Positions 28,496-37,080 of a DNA stretch of 39,071 bases are shown piece by piece. The first letter of the stretch is position 1. Every line of letters starts with the position of its first letter. Both the position numbers and the translations under genes were made by a program. Source of the stretch: Candidatus Magasanikbacteria bacterium RIFOXYD2_FULL_41_14 (GTDB lineage Bacteria > Patescibacteriota > Patescibacteriia > Magasanikbacterales > GWA2-37-8). The notes under the pieces are model-generated. The model did no database searches and was not told the DNA's origin. It saw nothing but the letters and a program-made list of their open reading frames with translations. Where the stretch lies: contig MFRE01000005.1 of the NCBI GenBank assembly GCA_001784475.1, positions 31,649-70,719 on the forward strand, read 5' to 3'.

Positions 28496-29836
28496 ATGAA
28501 TATTTTAATAACTCAAGAAAATTATTATCCTCTACACCATGGCGGGACTATGCAGTTTATTATTGGTATGGCAGAATATTTAAAATTAAAAGGATACAAG
28601 GTGTTCGTATATACTTGTAGCTATCGAGAAAGTAATTTATTTGGTGAAGTGGAGCGACCAGAAGCGACGGTGAATTACTCTGATTTTATGGTCGGTTCAA
28701 TGAGCGATCCTTTTGCGGTGACAAAATACATTAGTGAATTTGTTAAATATATACGAGAAAAGAAGATAGATTTGGTATTCGCAAATAATCACAATTCATT
28801 AGCTTGGATTAAAGCATCGAAAAAAGCGGGAGTACCAGTAGTTTATGGATGTCACGGTGTTGGTTTAATGGATCCACTAAAAAGACGTTTTTTGATGCCC
28901 AACGATGAGTTGTGCTATGGTTTTCCCAGTATTAAAGAAGCCAGCCGTTGGTTTTGGATGGAAAATCGTAGTTTGATGAAAAAATTATTAGGTTTTTTAT
29001 TATTTTTTTCACCTTTTATAAGAAGTACTAAAGTGCGAAATTATTGGCAATATAAAGAGGCGGTGGCTATCTTAAATTCAGCGGATGCTAGATATGGAAA
29101 TTCAGCTATTACTGCGAAACTATTTTCAAATAAAAAAAATACTTTTGGGTTTCCACTGGCGATTAATGCTTCCAACCAAATGATGTCCAATCATTATTAT
29201 CCGTTGGTTGATGATGATTTTTTAAAAAAATTTAATCTTAAAAATAAATCATATATTTTATGCCCTGGACGTTTAAATTATATAAAGGGTCAAGAATATA
29301 TGATCAAAGCTTTGCTGTCAATTAAGAACAAAAATTTAAAGTTGGTTTTTACTGGTAACGCCGCTCTGTTTGGTGATAAATTTGAACAGATGAGTGCTTA
29401 TGAAAATAGGATTAGGGACCTAACTAAAGAATATAACTTAAGCGACAGGATAGTATTTACCGGGCTACTTGATTTCGGAGACATGAGAAAAATTTATTCC
29501 TCGGCGTTAGTTACCGTCATACCCTCGGTCTGGCTCGAAACGTTTGGGTATGTTACTATCGAGTCAATGGCCTGTGGTACCTCAGCAATAGTAACTAGTA
29601 ATTGTGGCAGTGCAGAATGTGTTAGTCGAGAGGACGGTTTTATTATCGATAGAAAAAATGAAAAACAAATTTCCGATATTATTAATGACAATGAAAGCAG
29701 ATTTGTTGATTTGGGTGAGCGAGCACGGAAAAAGGTGCTGGATAATTATGATTGGAGTGTATCGGGCGATAAATATCTGGATATATTTACTAAAGTTTAC
29801 AGCGAACGTAAATCAGTCAAAGTCTATAGTAATTAA
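28496..29836 (+). CDS. Glycosyltransferase family 4
   Basis: YYP...GG, PGRLNYIKG, VIPSVWLETFGYVTIESMACG. Confidence 0.9.
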   Translation: MNILITQENYYPLHHGGTMQFIIGMAEYLKLKGYKVFVYTCSYRESNLFGEVERPEATVNYSDFMVGSMSDPFAVTKYISEFVKYIREKKIDLVFANNHNSLAWIKASKKAGVPVVYGCHGVGLMDPLKRRFLMPNDELCYGFPSIKEASRWFWMENRSLMKKLLGFLLFFSPFIRSTKVRNYWQYKEAVAILNSADARYGNSAITAKLFSNKKNTFGFPLAINASNQMMSNHYYPLVDDDFLKKFNLKNKSYILCPGRLNYIKGQEYMIKALLSIKNKNLKLVFTGNAALFGDKFEQMSAYENRIRDLTKEYNLSDRIVFTGLLDFGDMRKIYSSALVTVIPSVWLETFGYVTIESMACGTSAIVTSNCGSAECVSREDGFIIDRKNEKQISDIINDNESRFVDLGERARKKVLDNYDWSVSGDKYLDIFTKVYSERKSVKVYSN

Positions 29837-29861
29837 ATAAAAATATAATATATTTTTATAC

Positions 29862-31016
29862 ATGATTAGCAACGTTAAAATAATAATAATTTTTTTTCCT
29901 GGTGATTTGGACGAAGGCCAAAATGGCACTAAACACGACATCGTCAATCGGATTAAAATTTTTAATGAGCTTGGATTTAAAGTTCATCTGATTGTGTTTG
30001 ATCGCAATGCCAGCGAACAATTGAGGAAAAATGACTTTGGGGCTGAAGTACTGGTGATTCCAAGAGTAATTAGCCGTAGTGAATACTATAGGAGTAGCGG
30101 TCTCGACAATCAATCGGTGATGGGGGTGGTCAGTGCGGAAATTGTGAAAAATAATCCTGATATTTTATGGTTTGAGTATGTAAATTTTGCAAATTTGGCC
30201 GCTATTTTGAAAAAACAATTTCCCGATAAAAAAATATTTTTTCGTTCCCACAATTATGAAATTGGGCACGCTTGGGAAAAGAATCTATATAATTTTAAAA
30301 AAAGTATTTTTAGCCTCCAGACCGTTGCGTCAATGTTGAAAGATTTCTTTTTTATTTACAAATTAGAAAACAAGATGTTTGCGGTAGCGAATAAAATTTA
30401 TTGTATTTCTCGATTAGATTTTAAAAAATACAGCAGGCGGTTTGGAGTTGAAAAGATTGATTACCTGCCGTTTTTTTCTGATTATGCAAGTTTGTATAAG
30501 TACAAACAGAACAAATCAATTCTTGACGTGGTATATTTAGGCAGTGATTTTATTAATAATGTTAATCTTAGTGGTGTTTTATTAATTAATAAAATAGCGG
30601 CTAAATTGAAAAATAGCAGTGTGGTATTTCATATATTAGGTAAAAGTTTGAACAAAAAAATATTGTTAGCAAAAAATGTGGTGTATCATGATTATGTGGA
30701 AGATTTGGACAGTTTTTTTGATGATATGGATGTAGGCATTGTGCCAGTAGAAATTGGGTTTGGGATGAAGGTAAAGGCCTACGAGTTTCTAAAGCGTGGT
30801 TTTCCGACAATTATATCAAAGAGATGTAGTGATGTTTTTGGAGGCGTGCCGTCCAGTGACTATCTGGTAGCTGGCAACATAAATGAATGGGTTAAGTGCA
30901 TTATTTTTTTGAAGGACGATATGGCTAGAAAGAAAATGTCAGAACACGCCTTATTTTTTATGAATACAGAATTTTCTAAAGAAAAAATAGCCGCGACATT
31001 ATCCAGTTGTCAATAA
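29862..31016 (+). CDS. Glycosyltransferase family 4-like
   Basis: RSHNYE, N..G, YVEDL, IVPV..GFGMKVKAYE. Confidence 0.8.
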   Translation: MISNVKIIIIFFPGDLDEGQNGTKHDIVNRIKIFNELGFKVHLIVFDRNASEQLRKNDFGAEVLVIPRVISRSEYYRSSGLDNQSVMGVVSAEIVKNNPDILWFEYVNFANLAAILKKQFPDKKIFFRSHNYEIGHAWEKNLYNFKKSIFSLQTVASMLKDFFFIYKLENKMFAVANKIYCISRLDFKKYSRRFGVEKIDYLPFFSDYASLYKYKQNKSILDVVYLGSDFINNVNLSGVLLINKIAAKLKNSSVVFHILGKSLNKKILLAKNVVYHDYVEDLDSFFDDMDVGIVPVEIGFGMKVKAYEFLKRGFPTIISKRCSDVFGGVPSSDYLVAGNINEWVKCIIFLKDDMARKKMSEHALFFMNTEFSKEKIAATLSSCQ

Positions 31017-31076
31017 TATCTTTTTGTTCATAATAATAAAAATATTTATTAAATAAGATAATTATTTATTAGTCAT

Positions 31077-31991
31077 ATGAAATATCTCATTACCGGTGGT
31101 GCCGGGTTTATCGGTACTAATTTAGCCAAGCAGCTTTTAGCCGAAGGCCACAAAGTAGTGGTAATTGATAATTACGCGGGCGGAAAAAAAGATGATAGAA
31201 TTTTAACTGACGTAGAATATGTGGACGGAGACATTAGAAATGAGGCGGACTTAGACAAAGTTTGTATTGGCATAAATGGTATTTTCCATATGGCCGCCTT
31301 ACCGCGTGTCACTTATTCAGTAGAAAATCCAGATTTAACGCACGACGTAAATGTTAATGGCACCTTGCAAGTTTTATTAGCCGCAAAAAAACACGATGTG
31401 AAACGAGTGGTATTTTCTTCTTCTTCTTCAACTTATGGTGGCACCGAGCCGGGCCAACTGTTGGTGGAAGACAATTTTGTTAAAAAACCCATGAGTCCCT
31501 ACGCTCTCCACAAATTTATTGGTGAACACTATTGCCGATTATTCAGCGACCTCTATGGGTTAGAAACTGTCGCGCTTATTTACTTTAATGTCTATGGTCC
31601 CTATTTTGATCCAGAGGGCGCGTACGCTTTGGTAGTGGGAAAATTTTTAAAGCAAAAAAAAGAAGGCCAGCCAATGACCGTGTGTGGTGATGGTGAATAT
31701 TTCCGTGATTATACGCACGTTAAAGATGTTGTCAGTGCTAATATTTTGGCGATGCAGGCCGATACTGTTGGAAAAGGAGAAATAATCAACATTGGTTGTG
31801 GCCGTCCGACGTCAGTTAATGAGCTCGTAAAAATTATGGGTGGTGAATCAATTGGCGTGCCACCGCGAGCAGGCGATCCGCGTTTTTCCGGCGCGGATAA
31901 CTCCAAAGCTAAAAAATTATTGAACTGGGAGCCAACAGTGAAATTAGAAGATGGTGTAGCCGAATTAAAGCAAGAATGGGGAGTGGAATAA
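31077..31991 (+). CDS. NAD-dependent UDP-hexose/HexNAc 4-epimerase-like SDR
   Basis: TGGAGFIG, HMAALPRV..SVENP, NVNGT, SSSSTYG, SPYALHK, YFNVYGP, GDG...RDYTHV. Confidence 0.85.
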   Translation: MKYLITGGAGFIGTNLAKQLLAEGHKVVVIDNYAGGKKDDRILTDVEYVDGDIRNEADLDKVCIGINGIFHMAALPRVTYSVENPDLTHDVNVNGTLQVLLAAKKHDVKRVVFSSSSSTYGGTEPGQLLVEDNFVKKPMSPYALHKFIGEHYCRLFSDLYGLETVALIYFNVYGPYFDPEGAYALVVGKFLKQKKEGQPMTVCGDGEYFRDYTHVKDVVSANILAMQADTVGKGEIINIGCGRPTSVNELVKIMGGESIGVPPRAGDPRFSGADNSKAKKLLNWEPTVKLEDGVAELKQEWGVE

Positions 31992-32000
31992 AATCAAAAC

Positions 32001-32026
32001 AAAAAAGACCCATACGGGTCTTTTTT
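32001..32026. terminator. Bidirectional intrinsic terminator
   Basis: AAAAAAGACCC-atac-GGGTCTTTTTT between the convergent epimerase gene and rpmA. Confidence 0.9.
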
Positions 32027-32036
32027 AATGATTTGT

Positions 32037-32315
32037 TTATTCAGTAATAACGTGGGCGTAAGTAACAGTTTTTAGCTGACCATCAAATCTGGTGCGTTTT
32101 GACTTCGTAAACTTTACTTTGCCGTTAGCCATTGCGAAAATTGTATCATCATTGGCTCGTTTGGCGTTCTTGCCGGCTCGGACTTTTGTGCCACGTTGGC
32201 GAACAATTGTCATACCGGTCTTAATAACTTGGCCATCATGGACCTTGGCTCCTAGGCGTTGTCCTTGGGAATCTCGGCCCAGTCGGGTAGAGCCACCCGC
32301 TTTTTTATGTGACAT
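32037..32315 (-). CDS. rpmA: 50S ribosomal protein L27
   Basis: MSHKKAGGST..GRDS...RLG.K...GQ......IVRQRGTK...G.N.....DDTIFA...G.VKF. Confidence 0.98.
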   Translation of the reverse strand: MSHKKAGGSTRLGRDSQGQRLGAKVHDGQVIKTGMTIVRQRGTKVRAGKNAKRANDDTIFAMANGKVKFTKSKRTRFDGQLKTVTYAHVITE

Positions 32316-32380
32316 AAGAAGATAATATAAATCAAAAGCTTTTTAGCCCCGCTGTGGAGCGTTTTCTATATTTGTCCATA

Positions 32381-32409
32381 ATTATATACTATTTGGCGTG
32401 GCTTGTCAA
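32381..32409 (-). promoter_or_regulatory. Perfect-consensus sigma70 promoter for rpmA
   Basis: Minus strand TTGACA (32409-32404), 17-bp spacer, TATAAT (32386-32381). Confidence 0.85.
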
Positions 32410-32431
32410 GAGCGTCAATATTTGGTAAGAT
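32403..32431 (+). promoter_or_regulatory. Sigma70 promoter for the membrane protein-ftsW unit
   Basis: TTGTCA (32403-32408), 17-bp spacer, TG-g-TAAGAT (32423-32431). Confidence 0.7.
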
Positions 32432-32474
32432 AAGAGCATATCGGGGCTATGTTAGCCACCTTAAATGTTGTTTT

Positions 32475-32831
32475 ATGCATTTTTATAATATCAAGCTTTA
32501 TTTGCAGGATCATTTTATTGGTCGATTGCTTGGTTTGGCAGTTTTTATTCAGATTTTTATGTGGTGGTATATACTGTCCAGCGTGCACCCAGGTGGCGAA
32601 CAGGTTTTTTTACACTATAACATTGTTTTCGGCATAGATTTAATTGGAAATTGGCAAAAGTTACTTTATTTACCATTGGGCGGTTTACTTATTCTTTTGG
32701 TCAATTATTTGGTTTCCTGGTTATTTTACTCTCAAGACAAATTCTTGGCTCGTTTACTTTCAGTTTGGTCGGTGTTAGCGCAACTTTTTTTAGCATTAGC
32801 AGTGTGGCTAATTGTCGGGTTAAATATGTAA
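32475..32831 (+). CDS. Small 3-TM hypothetical membrane protein
   Basis: Three hydrophobic segments and an LHYNIVFGID..G.W loop; ATG 32475 preferred because TTG 32403 lies inside the promoter. Confidence 0.7.
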   Translation: MHFYNIKLYLQDHFIGRLLGLAVFIQIFMWWYILSSVHPGGEQVFLHYNIVFGIDLIGNWQKLLYLPLGGLLILLVNYLVSWLFYSQDKFLARLLSVWSVLAQLFLALAVWLIVGLNM

Positions 32832-32835
32832 AGTT

Positions 32836-33948
32836 ATGAATGTCGCGTCAAAGCATAAAGCCGATACTGTATTTATATCTTTAATATTAATTATTGTTGT
32901 TTTTGGATTGGTCGCCCTCACTTCTGCTTCTGGTCCGTCTGCCTACGAAAAATTTGGCGATTCCTATTTTTTGTTAAAACGGCAAATTGTTTTTGGTTTA
33001 CTACCCGGTCTGGTTTTATTTTTTTTACTTTCGCGATATGATTATGAACGTTGGAAAAAATTGTCCTGGCTCATCTATGGGGTTACGATAGTTGCTTTGC
33101 TTTTAGTGTTTTTGCCAAATATTGGTTTAACTTTAAATGGCGCTCGTAGTTGGGTAAATATCGGGCCATATTCTTTTCAGCCCGCGGAAATCGCCAAGTT
33201 GGGTGTGATTATGTCAACCGCCTATTTATTGGCATCAAAAAGATTTAATTTGGATGATTGGCAAACTGGACTAATTCCGGTATTGGCAATTTTGTTTCCA
33301 CCATTGCTATTGATTTTATTACAACCCGATATTGGAACTCTGTCAATTTTAGTAGTTATTTTATTTTGCATGTTATATGTGGCTAAAGTGCCGATAAATT
33401 ATTTGATAATTTTAGGATTACTCGGCGTAACTGTTTTTGGGGCGTTAATTTGGTCGGCGCCATATCGGGTGGAGCGTCTGACAATTTTTTTGCATCCGGA
33501 ATTAGATCCGCAAGGAATTGGTTATCATATCAATCAGGCCTTTTTGGCAATTGGCTCTGGTGGTTTTTGGGGATTGGGCTTGGGACACTCACGTCAAAAG
33601 TTTCAATACTTACCGGAAGTAAGCGCTGATTCTATTTATGCGGTTATGGCTGAAGAGCTTGGGTTTGTTGTGGCCGCTGGGTTTATTATTTTGATTTTAG
33701 TTATCGGTTGGCGGGGTCTGCGCATTGCCAAGCACGCCCCAGATGAATTCGGCAGTTTGATAGTAGTAGGCGTTATCACTTGGTTTGTCTGTCAATCTTT
33801 TTTAAATATTGGCGCAATGGTTGGTATCATGCCTTTAACTGGCGTGCCCCTACCATTTGTTAGCCATGGTGGTTCGGCTTTAGCCGCGGCTTTGGCTGGT
33901 GCTGGAATTATCGCCAATGTTAGTCGTCAGTCAAATTTAAATCATTAA
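32836..33948 (+). CDS. ftsW: SEDS-family peptidoglycan polymerase, FtsW-type
   Basis: NGARSW, FQPAEIAK, LQPDIGT, GYH..QA..AIGSGG..G.GLG.SRQK..YLPE...D.I.....EELG, PLTGVPLPFVSHGGS. Confidence 0.88.
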   Translation: MNVASKHKADTVFISLILIIVVFGLVALTSASGPSAYEKFGDSYFLLKRQIVFGLLPGLVLFFLLSRYDYERWKKLSWLIYGVTIVALLLVFLPNIGLTLNGARSWVNIGPYSFQPAEIAKLGVIMSTAYLLASKRFNLDDWQTGLIPVLAILFPPLLLILLQPDIGTLSILVVILFCMLYVAKVPINYLIILGLLGVTVFGALIWSAPYRVERLTIFLHPELDPQGIGYHINQAFLAIGSGGFWGLGLGHSRQKFQYLPEVSADSIYAVMAEELGFVVAAGFIILILVIGWRGLRIAKHAPDEFGSLIVVGVITWFVCQSFLNIGAMVGIMPLTGVPLPFVSHGGSALAAALAGAGIIANVSRQSNLNH

Positions 33949-33958
33949 TTAATTTTTT

Positions 33959-35023
33959 ATGAATATTTTAGATGATGTATCTGCAATAAAAAAATTAGAC
34001 GCGAGCAACATGCTTGGTTCTATTGAGGCCTTGGGCGCCCAGATGGAACAGATGTGGGCCCAGCACAAAAACTTTAAATTGCCGGCTAATTATAAAAAAA
34101 TAAAAAATGTTGTGGTTGCTGGTATGGGCGGTTCGGCTTTGCCGGCGCACGTGCTTAAATCACTGTCAGAAATTAACCTATCGGTTCCTTTGGAAATTAT
34201 TAGTGATTACAATTTGCCAGGCTATGCCAACGCGAATACTTTGGTTATTTTATCTAGTTATTCTGGTTCTACTGAAGAACCAGTGGCTTTGGCCAAACAA
34301 GCAATCAAGCGAAAATGTAAAATAGTGGTAGTTGCCACCGGAAAGAATTTTGCAAAAATGCACGAGTCGGGAACTCCCGGAATTATTTTTGATCCCAAAT
34401 ACAATCCGTGCGGGTCCCCGCGCATGGGTTTGGGTTATCAGTTTATTGGTCTTTTTTTAATTTTTCAAGCCGTCGGACTTTTGAAATTCACTCTGAAAGA
34501 TTTCAATACGGCTTTAGCGCAGGTCAAAAAAAGCACGCACGCCTGGGGCGTGGGTGCTTCTGCCAATGCAATTAAAAAAATAGCTGCCCAATTACCGAAC
34601 CGAGCAGTATTATTTTTTGCAGCTGACCATCTTAAAGGCAATGCCCATGTAGCCGCTAATCAGATGAATGAAAATAGCAAACGGCTAACTGCGCCGTTTT
34701 ATATATCCGAACTAAACCACCATTTAATGGAAGGATTAAGATTTCCATCTGCTAACCGTAATAATTTGCTAGTAGTGATTTTTAATTCTAAATTATACAG
34801 CCCAAAAATTCAGGAGCGCGTCAACATCACCAAAACCGTAATTGAAAAAAATAAAGTTCCCTTGGCAACGGTAAATTTAACTGCCAGCACAAAGTTAGAA
34901 CAAATATTTGAAGCACTAGTAGCTTCAAGTTTTCTGGGATTTTATGGCTCAATGTTGGAGGGGATTGATCCGACCCCGATTCCTTATGTTGATTATTTTA
35001 AAGAACAATTGGCTAAAAAGTAG
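33959..35023 (+). CDS. Bifunctional phosphoglucose/phosphomannose isomerase (SIS family)
   Basis: GMGGS, SSYSGSTEE, PRMGLGY, QMNENSK, ELNHH, GIDPTPIP.VD.FK. Confidence 0.85.
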   Translation: MNILDDVSAIKKLDASNMLGSIEALGAQMEQMWAQHKNFKLPANYKKIKNVVVAGMGGSALPAHVLKSLSEINLSVPLEIISDYNLPGYANANTLVILSSYSGSTEEPVALAKQAIKRKCKIVVVATGKNFAKMHESGTPGIIFDPKYNPCGSPRMGLGYQFIGLFLIFQAVGLLKFTLKDFNTALAQVKKSTHAWGVGASANAIKKIAAQLPNRAVLFFAADHLKGNAHVAANQMNENSKRLTAPFYISELNHHLMEGLRFPSANRNNLLVVIFNSKLYSPKIQERVNITKTVIEKNKVPLATVNLTASTKLEQIFEALVASSFLGFYGSMLEGIDPTPIPYVDYFKEQLAKK

Positions 35024-35046
35024 TTGGTTAATGAAGTTATTTTCAC

Positions 35047-35913
35047 ATGGACTTATCAATTATCACCGTTAACACAAACGATAGCGACAGGATTTTAGAT
35101 CAAATTGCGTCGGTAAAAGACGGGGCGAAGGGTTTAGATTACGAGCAGATAATTACCGACAATGGATCCACTGATGGTTCAATTGAACAAATTCAAAAAA
35201 AATTTCCGGATGTTAAAATTATTTTAAACAATAAAAATTTGGGTTTTGGCGTGGCCAATAATATTGCCGCTAAAAATTCCACTGGGCGATATTTATTATT
35301 TTTAAATCCGGATATGCGCGTGATGCCAGGCAGTTTAAAAAAAATTACTGACTGGATGGATACGCAATCAAAAGTGGGCATCGCTAGCTGTCGGTTAACA
35401 TACGAAAATGGCGATTTAAATATTGGCGCCACCCCTCGTCGCTTTCCGACTTTATTTGATCAGGTAGTTATATTATTAAAATTAAATCATTTATTTCCTA
35501 GTTTATTAAATAAATATTTGTATCATGATATATATCATGATAAAGAAGTTGAGAAAGAAGTTGAGGTAGATAGTGTGCGTGGGTCGTTTATGCTAATGCG
35601 CCGAGAATTGTATGATAAATTAGATTGGGCGTTTGATCCGCGTTATTTTATCTGGTTTGAAGATGTGGATACTTGTCGTGAAGCTAAACGTCTAGGTTAT
35701 AAAGTAATTTACACTCCAATAATTAGTTGTGTGGATTATGTCGGTCAAACTTTTAAAAATTTATCAACTGTTCAAAAGCAAAAGTGGTTTACAGATAGTA
35801 TGCTCAAATATTTTAAAAAATGGCAACCCTGGTATCAGTGGTTGATAATATTAATCCTTAGGCCAGTGGGAATTATATTCGTCCGATTTCACGCACTACT
35901 TAAATCAAATTGA
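35047..35913 (+). CDS. Glycosyltransferase family 2 (WbbL/rhamnosyltransferase-like)
   Basis: DNGSTDGS, NLGFG.ANN, FLNPD, VDSVRGSFMLMR, FD.RYFIWFEDVD.C. Confidence 0.88.
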   Translation: MDLSIITVNTNDSDRILDQIASVKDGAKGLDYEQIITDNGSTDGSIEQIQKKFPDVKIILNNKNLGFGVANNIAAKNSTGRYLLFLNPDMRVMPGSLKKITDWMDTQSKVGIASCRLTYENGDLNIGATPRRFPTLFDQVVILLKLNHLFPSLLNKYLYHDIYHDKEVEKEVEVDSVRGSFMLMRRELYDKLDWAFDPRYFIWFEDVDTCREAKRLGYKVIYTPIISCVDYVGQTFKNLSTVQKQKWFTDSMLKYFKKWQPWYQWLIILILRPVGIIFVRFHALLKSN

Positions 35914-35926
35914 TATTGTAAATTTT

Positions 35927-37018
35927 ATGAGAAAATTGACAATTAATTTAGTAGTTCACAATGGTGAGAATTATATCCAATTTATAATGTCGTCATTGAA
36001 AGAGCAGACATTTAAGGATTGGGAAATGGTGGTGGTGGATAACGCGTCAACCGATCGGTCTGTGGAATTATTGGAGTTGGGGATGAAGACGAATAATTTT
36101 AATTACCGTCTGTTTCACAATGAAAAAAATTTGGGTTTTGCGGTCGCGCAAAATCAAGCCCTAGCTAATGTGCAGACGCCTTATTTTTTGATTTTAAACG
36201 ATGATGTTTATTTGATGCCTGATGCTTTAGAGAAAATGGTTGATTTTATGGATAATCATCCAGATACTGCGGCCACTGCTCCGAGAGTAATGCGTTGGGA
36301 TTTTGAACGCGCCCGATTGGCTTTTCGAGATGGCATTAGTAATTTTGAAGTAGCGCAAGCCGGGTTCACCACTCAAATTGACGCTATTGGCGTTAGACTA
36401 TTTCGCAATCGTCGGGCCGTAGAATGGTTAAGACGCGAGGAGTGGGTGGTGCAAAGCGATAGTAAGGATGTGCGCGATATTTTTGCCAAAAATATTTTGG
36501 AAGTTTTTGGAGGTTCGGGGGCAGTGGCCATGCTTCGTAAATCTACCATCAGCAATACTCTTTTGCCGGGAAATAATTTTTTTGACCCCACTTATCATTC
36601 CTATAAAGAAGATTTGGATTTGGCCTATCGCTTGCGTAATGCCGGCTATGTTTCTTATGTATTGCTGACGGCGGTCGCCTATCACAATCGCACCGGCGTT
36701 GGTCCAAAAGAAATGGGGGATTGGGCGACAATTAAAAATAAGAAAAAACAACCTCATTTTGTGAGTTATCATTCCTACGTCAATCATTTGCGCACTTTGT
36801 ATAAAAATGAATATTGGGAAAATATTTTACGCGATTGGCCATTTATTTTTTGGTACGAATTAAAAAAGTTTGGCTTTCTGTTAATTACTGACCCCAAAGC
36901 GGTTATCGGCGGTTGGGTCGAAATTATTCGTAATCAAAAATATTTAAGACAATCCCGAAAAAGTGTTGTTGCCAGGCGTCGTTTGCATTGGCAAGGCATT
37001 AGGCGTTGGTTTTTATAA
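35927..37018 (+). CDS. Glycosyltransferase family 2
   Basis: VDNASTD, NLGFA.AQN, LNDD, EVFG.SGA, SYKEDLDLAYRL, AYH.R. Confidence 0.88.
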   Translation: MRKLTINLVVHNGENYIQFIMSSLKEQTFKDWEMVVVDNASTDRSVELLELGMKTNNFNYRLFHNEKNLGFAVAQNQALANVQTPYFLILNDDVYLMPDALEKMVDFMDNHPDTAATAPRVMRWDFERARLAFRDGISNFEVAQAGFTTQIDAIGVRLFRNRRAVEWLRREEWVVQSDSKDVRDIFAKNILEVFGGSGAVAMLRKSTISNTLLPGNNFFDPTYHSYKEDLDLAYRLRNAGYVSYVLLTAVAYHNRTGVGPKEMGDWATIKNKKKQPHFVSYHSYVNHLRTLYKNEYWENILRDWPFIFWYELKKFGFLLITDPKAVIGGWVEIIRNQKYLRQSRKSVVARRRLHWQGIRRWFL

Positions 37019-37023
37019 ATTAT

Positions 37024-37076
37024 TGTCATTATTCCGAGCGATAGTTTACCCCGACCTTGCGTCGGGGAGGAATCTC
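37024..37076. repeat. Nested REP-like palindromic element
   Basis: Outer tgtcatt-ATTCCGAGCG...GAGGAATCTC enclosing inner tttaCCCCGAC-cttgc-GTCGGGG; a GC-rich island filling an intergenic gap. Confidence 0.65.
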
Positions 37077-37080
37077 TTGT

